A stretch of DNA of 29,240 bases from a virus. Of this stretch, positions 23,826-29,240 are shown one piece after another. A program made the translations under genes and the position numbers. The DNA is taken from positions 1 to 29,240 of the IMG/VR virus record IMGVR_UViG_3300045988_021367. One strand, 5' to 3'. The notes under the pieces were generated by a model that saw only the letters and a list, made by a program, of their open reading frames with translations, did no database searches and was not told where the DNA came from. Positions within the stretch are counted from its first letter, which is position 1; every line of letters starts with the position of its first letter.

Positions 23826-24144
23826 TTACCATTTTTCCCTTTCTATTCTTGATTTCCTCGTATGCAATATTTAGGCACTCAGTTACATCTAGATCTAATT
23901 GATGTGCTAATACGATAATCGTTATTAGTGTGTCTCCAATTGCATCTTTAAGTGCTATTTGTGGGTCTGTGAATTTAGTCGGCTTCAAAAGTACATCCCG
24001 AATTTCTCCGACTTCTTCCGTGATACGCATCCACTGAATTTTAGGGTCAGCTTGTTTTAAATTGCGTTCGTCTGCCCACTCGTTAATCTTGGCAACTAGG
24101 TCCGAGATTGCTAATTTCTTAACTGCTTCATCTCTAGTAATCAT
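23794..24144 (-). CDS. MazG-like all-alpha nucleoside triphosphate pyrophosphohydrolase
   Basis: 116-aa ORF with AAGGAG SD; EEVGEI and AIGDTL motifs. Confidence 0.8.
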   Translation of the reverse strand: MITRDEAVKKLAISDLVAKINEWADERNLKQADPKIQWMRITEEVGEIRDVLLKPTKFTDPQIALKDAIGDTLITIIVLAHQLDLDVTECLNIAYEEIKNRKGKMVNGTFVKEEDL

Positions 24145-24156
24145 CGTTTATTCTCC

Positions 24157-24540
24157 TTAATCGACGTTTTTAAGTTTTAATGGCACCCACATTTTAGGAT
24201 TGTAATTGATTTCATATTTGTATTTTGAAACATTCGGTACGTCAACATCTTCTACTACATAAGAGACATTATCTGACAAACCGATAATATGCTTTTGATA
24301 TTTGTTCTTAGCGTTTTCAACTACGATTTCAAGTTGTTTGTCCTTGGTATCAGCATTGATTGACATCCTACCGCTCATTTGAAACATGACATCATTTGTA
24401 ATGGCATCAATAACTGTTACTTTCCTAACAACATTGAAGTTATCAGACTCTTGCGATAAATTACTTGATACTCTCTTTGCTTCTGAACAACCAGTTAACA
24501 GTAATAAACTGCTTATACCAATAATTGCTAATCTTTTCAT
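24157..24540 (-). CDS. Lipoprotein (signal peptide plus lipobox LLTGC), function unknown
   Basis: 127-aa ORF. MKRLAIIGISSLLLLTGCSE is a type II signal peptide. Confidence 0.85.
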   Translation of the reverse strand: MKRLAIIGISSLLLLTGCSEAKRVSSNLSQESDNFNVVRKVTVIDAITNDVMFQMSGRMSINADTKDKQLEIVVENAKNKYQKHIIGLSDNVSYVVEDVDVPNVSKYKYEINYNPKMWVPLKLKNVD

Positions 24541-24577
24541 TTAATTTCTCCAATCAACATGATGCTGTTACCATTAG

Positions 24578-24730
24578 TTAATCCTCAACCATTTCAACCG
24601 TGTACAATCTTGCGTTTCTATATTTAACACCTTTTAGATGATGTAGTCTATTGATTGCTTCATCCTTATTATCAAAAATTTCCACTTCATCTTCCATGTT
24701 GTCAAAATATGTAATTACTTTATATTTCAT
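24578..24730 (-). CDS. Small acidic hypothetical protein, 50 aa (below the ORF-track cutoff)
   Basis: ATG 24728-24730 in an ATGA overlap with the upstream ORF stop. Translation MKYKVITYFDNMEDEVEIFDNKDEAINRLHHLKGVKYRNARLYTVEMVED. Confidence 0.55.
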   Translation of the reverse strand: MKYKVITYFDNMEDEVEIFDNKDEAINRLHHLKGVKYRNARLYTVEMVED

Positions 24731-24900
24731 AACTCTACTAATCTCCTACTATGTTCTTCGCTAGTTCTTCTGGCGTATGATGGTGTCCCATAGCAAGTAA
24801 CGGAACGCACTGAAATGCCTAACTGTTCAGCTATCTCACGTTTAGTTCCCATTGCTATGATTTCTTCGCCTTTGAATAATGCATATTCCTTTACTTGCAT
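24727..24900 (-). CDS. Small HTH protein, 57 aa (below the ORF-track cutoff)
   Basis: ATG 24898-24900 overlaps the end of the 78-aa ORF. Translation MQVKEYALFKGEEIIAMGTKREIAEQLGISVRSVTCYGTPSYARRTSEEHSRRLVEL. Confidence 0.55.
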   Translation of the reverse strand: MQVKEYALFKGEEIIAMGTKREIAEQLGISVRSVTCYGTPSYARRTSEEHSRRLVEL

Positions 24901-25127
24901 AGTTCTACCATCTCTTTCAATAGCTTCTCATCTGGTAACTGCTCAAGTGTCAGAATACGATTGAGTTTATTTGTGCTTATCCCTAGTTTATTACTGATTA
25001 AATCTATGTCTTTGTGGTTTTTCCAGAACCACTTCGAAAACTCTTGCGTTTGACCTAAAACACTTGTATGGTCATAGTGTCCCGGTGCATAGATGCCAAC
25101 CAGTTTATCTTTTACTTTGCTTTTCAT
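24891..25127 (-). CDS. Small hypothetical protein with an HTH-like C-terminal half
   Basis: 78-aa ORF with AAGGAG SD and an ATGA overlap with rusA. Contains ISNKLGISTNKLNRIL. Confidence 0.75.
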   Translation of the reverse strand: MKSKVKDKLVGIYAPGHYDHTSVLGQTQEFSKWFWKNHKDIDLISNKLGISTNKLNRILTLEQLPDEKLLKEMVELCK

Positions 25128-25585
25128 TCCAGCTCCTTGATTTCAAATTCAATGCGTGGGTTAGGACTGTACTTCTTGCGAGCTCTTAAATCGCAAACAA
25201 TACTGTCATCCGTCCAAACGATACTTTTCTTGTCAATCTTGTTGTATCCAGCGTTTGAGATACTGTCAAAGAGTGCTTTGACTAGATTATCAATATCAGG
25301 CATTCTGATATGCCAAAGCTTTTCAGCCATGAATTTCTTGAATGCATCCCACGTTTTAGCTCTAGCTTTTGGCGTGGGCTTTTTTGAAACATTTAAAGGA
25401 GCTTTCATGTAAAAGGTGACATCAACCATAATCGGACCGTCGAAGAATTGCCCGTCATACTCTTGCTCGATAAGTTGTGAGCACTGACGACGCCAAGCTT
25501 TCATTTTAGGGTCTTCATAAGTTCCGAATTTGCTAAATCGTGGTCTTGTTTGTGGTTTTGGCTCGATGTTTAAAGTTATTCTCAT
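25124..25585 (-). CDS. rusA: RusA-family Holliday junction resolvase
   Basis: 153-aa ORF. PQTRPRF... and the PDIDNLVKALFDSI motif are characteristic of RusA. Confidence 0.85.
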   Translation of the reverse strand: MRITLNIEPKPQTRPRFSKFGTYEDPKMKAWRRQCSQLIEQEYDGQFFDGPIMVDVTFYMKAPLNVSKKPTPKARAKTWDAFKKFMAEKLWHIRMPDIDNLVKALFDSISNAGYNKIDKKSIVWTDDSIVCDLRARKKYSPNPRIEFEIKELE

Positions 25586-25593
25586 GCTTCACC

Positions 25594-26040
25594 TCAGAAT
25601 GGCAAATCATCACTACTGATATCTATAGGATTGCTATTATGGTAAGGTCCGCTTTCTCTTGCAAAGTTTGGCCCTTGCTGTTGGCTATAACTGTTGTTAG
25701 CATTACCCCCCTCACGCGCCGAACGACTTTCCAACATCTGAAAGTTTTCAGCGACTACTTCAGTCACGTAAACACGTTGACCTTGTTGATTTTCATAGCT
25801 ACGAGTCTGAATGCGTCCAGTAATGCCAATCAATGCCCCTTTTTTGGCCCAGTTAGCCAGATTTTCAGCCTGTTGTCGCCAGATGACGCAGTTAATAAAG
25901 TCAGTTTCACGCTCTCCGTTAGCATCCTTAAAGTTACGGTTAACCGCAAGGTTAAATGTAGCTACTGCGATATTGTTTCCAGTGTATTTTAGTTCTGCAT
26001 CTTTGGTCATGCGACCAACCAATACGACGTTATTGATCAT
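25594..26040 (-). CDS. ssb: Single-stranded DNA-binding protein
   Basis: 148-aa ORF with N-terminus [20 protein letters not shown] and an acidic tail ending DDLPF. Confidence 0.95.
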   Translation of the reverse strand: MINNVVLVGRMTKDAELKYTGNNIAVATFNLAVNRNFKDANGERETDFINCVIWRQQAENLANWAKKGALIGITGRIQTRSYENQQGQRVYVTEVVAENFQMLESRSAREGGNANNSYSQQQGPNFARESGPYHNSNPIDISSDDLPF

Positions 26041-26054
26041 TTGTTTTTCCTTTT

Positions 26055-26891
26055 CTACTCTCTATTTAAGAAATCATCCAATGTTAGAACCTCATGCAAT
26101 TTCTTTTGAGACTTGCAATAATCACAATGTCCACACTTCTTAGGTTCTTTGTTTCCAAGCGATACTTGATACACTCTAGGGGCGTGCTCTGTAATGTATT
26201 TAAGCCCTTCTTCCAGCCATTCTTCAGTCAATTCAATAATTTCCTTATCTGGCTGTTTCTCTTTCGATACGGCCACGATAAACGGCTTGAATGTTGGATA
26301 ATCCATTTGTCGCAACAATTCTAAATAAGTCCCTAGTTGGACATGGTATTGAAATCCTAGAATGTTATTGACTGCCGTTGGTACTTTGGTACGCAATTCC
26401 TCTGACCATTCCTTAGTCCAGATAGATTTCATGGTTTTTAAATCGACCACATAGCCCTTTGAAAAGTTGATGCTATCCAACTTCCCTTTGAACGGCACGC
26501 CAGCGATAAAACCAGTGACAATCTTTTCTTTTTCAACCTTGTCACCTTTCTTACCGTGGTATAAGTTATTGAAAAGCGTGTCATCCTTAAGCGTGTCGAT
26601 AACTTTCTCAGCTAACTTGAAATCAGATAACAGCCCATAAGGTTTGCGACTTGAGAACATAGCTTTTTTGTTATCTTCTTTGAATTTCTCGTGTGCTTCT
26701 TCACTCTCAAAGTAGCTATGAACATAGTTGCCGAACAGTAGAGGTTTTTGATCTCGTTCATCATCCCAAACACCATCATCGATAGCTTTAGCTCTAGCTT
26801 CGCATTTCATGTATTCCTTGAAACGACTTACAGACATATAGGTTTTGTCAGAATAATAATTATCATCCGTCAAGATTGTTAGTTCAGTCAT
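26055..26891 (-). CDS. PD-(D/E)XK nuclease with Cas4/AddB-like cysteine cluster (exonuclease partner of RecT)
   Basis: 278-aa ORF. GKLDSIN...VVDLKT core, one N-terminal Cys and C-terminal CGHCDYC. Overlaps the recT 3' end. Confidence 0.75.
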   Translation of the reverse strand: MTELTILTDDNYYSDKTYMSVSRFKEYMKCEARAKAIDDGVWDDERDQKPLLFGNYVHSYFESEEAHEKFKEDNKKAMFSSRKPYGLLSDFKLAEKVIDTLKDDTLFNNLYHGKKGDKVEKEKIVTGFIAGVPFKGKLDSINFSKGYVVDLKTMKSIWTKEWSEELRTKVPTAVNNILGFQYHVQLGTYLELLRQMDYPTFKPFIVAVSKEKQPDKEIIELTEEWLEEGLKYITEHAPRVYQVSLGNKEPKKCGHCDYCKSQKKLHEVLTLDDFLNRE

Positions 26892-27711
26892 TTTCTACCT
26901 CTTTGATTTTGGTTGAATCACCTTCAAACAAGCTAACTTCTTCGATGATTTCACCGGTTTCAGCGTCTACGCTTTTATCTGGTTCAGCTTCATCGCTCAT
27001 GAGGTCACCTAAAAGTGTTTGGGTGTCCTCATTTTTGGGTGTAACATCGATAGGGTCAGTCTCAACTTCCTCAGTTTGATTGTCTGAGATAAGCCCTTCT
27101 TGCATTTCAGTTGATAGTGGGGCATACTTGCTCAAAATGCTCTTTAGTACGGTTTTTTGAGCCATTGCATCAAAGTCTGTTGACCACGGCCCTCTTGCAT
27201 AGGTCTTTGAAAAGCGTTTTCCGTGGCTTTCTGCTTGCTCTTTCGTCCAGAATGTCAATTTTTTAAATCCATTCACAAGCTCGAATGTGGCAAAATAGCC
27301 ATAAACCTCATCTTCTGGTTGAGTGAAATCAATGTCCAATGTTTCAAATAGCGGGTCATACGATTTGAATTGTGCTTTGTAAACTTTTCCAGAATTGATG
27401 GCCTTGAATTGACCGGAGCGGATAGCTAGCTGAATAAGTCCTTTATAACCCAATTGAAATTGTGCATCTTGCCCGTATGGAACAATGTAAGCAAAACCCA
27501 AACTTGGCTCAATAGGTAGATTTAATACCGCAGCTTTCATTGCTGCCGTCATGATTGAGGCATTACTTGCTCGTGCTAGTAACTTGTTGTTGTTTACAAT
27601 TGACAATAGACTGGCTGTAAATTGTCGTTCATTGCCATTCAACACCTCTTGAAATTTCTGTTTAACTGCTGGTGTGTTGAAAAAATCTTTGTGTGATAGT
27701 TGATTTGTCAT
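26884..27711 (-). CDS. recT: RecT-family single-strand annealing protein
   Basis: 275-aa ORF. SIMTAAMKAAVLNLPIEPSLGFAYIVPYGQDAQFQLGYKGLIQLAIRSGQF fits the RecT pattern. Confidence 0.9.
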   Translation of the reverse strand: MTNQLSHKDFFNTPAVKQKFQEVLNGNERQFTASLLSIVNNNKLLARASNASIMTAAMKAAVLNLPIEPSLGFAYIVPYGQDAQFQLGYKGLIQLAIRSGQFKAINSGKVYKAQFKSYDPLFETLDIDFTQPEDEVYGYFATFELVNGFKKLTFWTKEQAESHGKRFSKTYARGPWSTDFDAMAQKTVLKSILSKYAPLSTEMQEGLISDNQTEEVETDPIDVTPKNEDTQTLLGDLMSDEAEPDKSVDAETGEIIEEVSLFEGDSTKIKEVEND

Positions 27712-27755
27712 GTCTTTGTCTTCCTTTTTTTGTTTTGAATGCCCCTAATTCTCAA

Positions 27756-27786
27756 TTTAAGTGGTCCCTTATCGTTTTTAAGTGGT
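27756..27786. repeat. Two 10-bp direct repeats TTTAAGTGGT, 21 bp apart, in the recT leader
   Basis: 27756-27765 and 27777-27786, just downstream of the candidate promoter. Confidence 0.85.
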
Positions 27787-27796
27787 AACTAGATAA

Positions 27797-27805
27797 TTTA
27801 TACCA
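27797..27805 (-). promoter_or_regulatory. Candidate extended -10 promoter TGGTATAAA upstream of recT
   Basis: TGn-TATAAA on the minus strand in the 124-nt gap before recT. Weak -35. Confidence 0.4.
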
Positions 27806-27835
27806 CCCACACTTTTAAATTGATTGCAGACGATT

Positions 27836-28033
27836 TTAGGCGTGTTCTCGAACGTGCTGATTAAATACCACCTTCGAGCAGTAGCCAAATGCCATATATT
27901 CGTTTAATTTCTCGATGAATGAATACAAGTCCAAATCATCCATCATTTTTTGCTTGTGCTCTTGTGAGAACACTAGGCCATGAATACGATCGTAGTCCTC
28001 AAGGAGCTTTAGTTTTACTTCTGTTTCAGTCAT
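27836..28033 (-). CDS. Hypothetical protein
   Basis: 65-aa ORF with AAGAGGA SD, overlapping the upstream gene's stop. Confidence 0.7.
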   Translation of the reverse strand: MTETEVKLKLLEDYDRIHGLVFSQEHKQKMMDDLDLYSFIEKLNEYMAFGYCSKVVFNQHVREHA

Positions 28034-28812
28034 AACATCATCCTCTTGTCTTGCTGTGTTTTAAACTTGTAAACGTGTTCGTTAGTAGTTCCAAGTCCTG
28101 TCTTCTTGAAAACCCTCGAATAGACACGTTTACCATAAGTGCCCATGATATCCTGTGGGCTTAAGTTGGTTGTGATAATAGTCTTGGTGCGCTTGTTCAA
28201 AATACTGTACAAGATGCCGTTAGACCACTCAGTCACTTTTTCTGTTCCTAGATCGTCTAGCACTAGCCATTCAGCTTCAGATATACGCCTGATATATTCA
28301 GCTTCGAGGGTGAAATCCTCTTTGATTTTGGCTAGCAAATCAACCACGTTTATAAATAGCCCAATCATTTTTGTGTGATTAGACAAGGCTTTTAGCGCTG
28401 AATAAGCTAGATGGCTTTTGCCCACTCCAGTATCGCCGATAAGAACAATGTTATAGTCTTGACCGTCAAGATATCCTTTAAGCTGGCTTCTAACATTTCT
28501 CAAGTCTTCTCTTTGCTCTCTGGTTGATGCTTGATAGTTGTCGAAACTAGCGTTTCTCAAATCATCATCCATCAAACTAAAATCCTTTAGGAAGTATAGA
28601 CGTTTTTGTTCTTGCTCACGTTCGTATTGTTCCTGCGATTTAATAGAATTCTGTTTTTCTTGCTCTTCACGGTGACACATTTCACATACAGTATAAGGCT
28701 TACTATTTGGTAGCTGAATAGTGACAAAGTTTCGATTGTGCTTCTCGCAGTATTTATCACTAGTAGTCATATACATCTGTCTCATTTGCTTAGCTGTCTT
28801 TTCTAAACTCAT
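28030..28812 (-). CDS. DnaC/IstB-like AAA+ helicase loader with N-terminal zinc-ribbon-like Cys pairs
   Basis: 260-aa ORF. Walker A GDTGVGKSHL, Walker B LVLDDLG. Directly downstream of the replisome organizer. Confidence 0.85.
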   Translation of the reverse strand: MSLEKTAKQMRQMYMTTSDKYCEKHNRNFVTIQLPNSKPYTVCEMCHREEQEKQNSIKSQEQYEREQEQKRLYFLKDFSLMDDDLRNASFDNYQASTREQREDLRNVRSQLKGYLDGQDYNIVLIGDTGVGKSHLAYSALKALSNHTKMIGLFINVVDLLAKIKEDFTLEAEYIRRISEAEWLVLDDLGTEKVTEWSNGILYSILNKRTKTIITTNLSPQDIMGTYGKRVYSRVFKKTGLGTTNEHVYKFKTQQDKRMML

Positions 28813-28824
28813 ATAAAGAACCTC

Positions 28825-29240
28825 TTAGTATTTACTGCAAGCTGGTCCAAACTTGGGTTTGTCACTATTTGACTTGTTAGAAGTGAAATTATTCTGCTCT
28901 TCTATTTGTTGAGCTACTGTCTTGATTCCATTTTGAGCCCATGATTTCAAGATAGAGTTAACATACCCAAAAGAACGTTTAGAGTTATCAGCTGCTTTAT
29001 CAATGGCTATCTTGATTAATTCTGGTTCTAGTCCATCTATGACTTGATACTCTTCTAACTTTTGTAATTGGAATCCATCTAGAAGACCGATTCTTTCTTG
29101 ATAGTATTCAAAGATATTAAAATTGGAATTATCAGCAGCAGCAGAAGAAGGCTTTCTATTCTCTTCTTCTACTTCTGTCTTTATATCTATCTCTTTCTCT
29201 ATCTCTTTCTCTATCTCTTTCTCTATCTCTTTCTCTATCT
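28825..29240 (-). CDS. Phage replisome organizer, 3' portion with DnaD/DnaB_2-like C-terminal domain (5' portion is 1..489)
   Basis: Frame is open from the window end to TAA at 28825-28827. Translation ...(EKEI)nDIKTEVEEENRKPSSAAADNSNFNIFEYYQERIGLLDGFQLQKLEEYQVIDGLEPELIKIAIDKAADNSKRSFGYVNSILKSWAQNGIKTVAQQIEE... Confidence 0.85.
   Translation of the reverse strand, partial: IEKEIEKEIEKEIEKEIDIKTEVEEENRKPSSAAADNSNFNIFEYYQERIGLLDGFQLQKLEEYQVIDGLEPELIKIAIDKAADNSKRSFGYVNSILKSWAQNGIKTVAQQIEEQNNFTSNKSNSDKPKFGPACSKY
29188..29240. repeat. 12-bp tandem repeat TATCTCTTTCTC x4 + TATCT, identical to nt 1-53
   Basis: Direct comparison of the two window ends. Confidence 0.95.

Noticed and set aside
25540-25992. 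150-aa plus-strand ORF. The same applies to the other plus-strand track ORFs, for example 17471-17818, 13512-13844, 22474-22818, 12322-12627, 11254-11814, 25068-25412 and 25811-26143
   Set aside because: All lie antisense to well-supported minus-strand genes and lack SD sequences. Their composition is Ser/Leu/Phe-rich and low-complexity, typical of shadow ORFs in AT-rich DNA.

Overview
The window appears to be a complete, circularly closed genome (~29.2 kb) of a small pac-type siphovirus from a low-GC Gram-positive host. Protein families and gene order resemble the Lactococcus P335 / dairy Streptococcus phage pool. All homology calls come from recognising family patterns by eye; no search was run. 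Every credible gene is on the minus strand. The first and last 53 nt are identical, and one gene (replisome organizer) crosses the window junction.

Transcription order runs in descending coordinates, wrapping from 1 to 29240:
- Early switch: Cro-like HTH, DUF3102-like protein, ORF6C-like protein, then a second small HTH with its own promoter.
- Replication and recombination: replisome organizer with embedded iterons, DnaC-like loader, RecT, PD-(D/E)XK nuclease, SSB, RusA.
- Small accessory genes: HTH proteins, a small acidic protein, a lipoprotein, a MazG-like protein, a membrane protein, and an internally duplicated protein.
- Late genes: ArpU/DUF1492-like late activator followed by a terminator, then TerS, TerL, portal, minor head protein, scaffold and major capsid protein (probably with a frameshift-added Big_2 domain).
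- Tail and lysis: connectors, major tail protein, chaperones G/G-T (canonical A AAA AAG slip site), TMP, Dit, Tal (two lytic domains), a BppU-N::beta-helix receptor-binding protein, holin and an Amidase_5 endolysin.

I found no integrase, repressor, tRNA, rRNA, CRISPR array or transposase. Where a lysogeny module would sit (2944-3810) there is about 870 bp of non-coding DNA dense with promoter-like and terminator-like signals.

Most noteworthy:
- the non-coding lysogeny-module scar with candidate small RNAs
- the capsid-Big_2 frameshift
- the BppU::beta-helix fusion
- a truncated second TerS N-terminus
- a candidate countertranscript and structured leader upstream of the replisome organizer
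- an early-region lipoprotein
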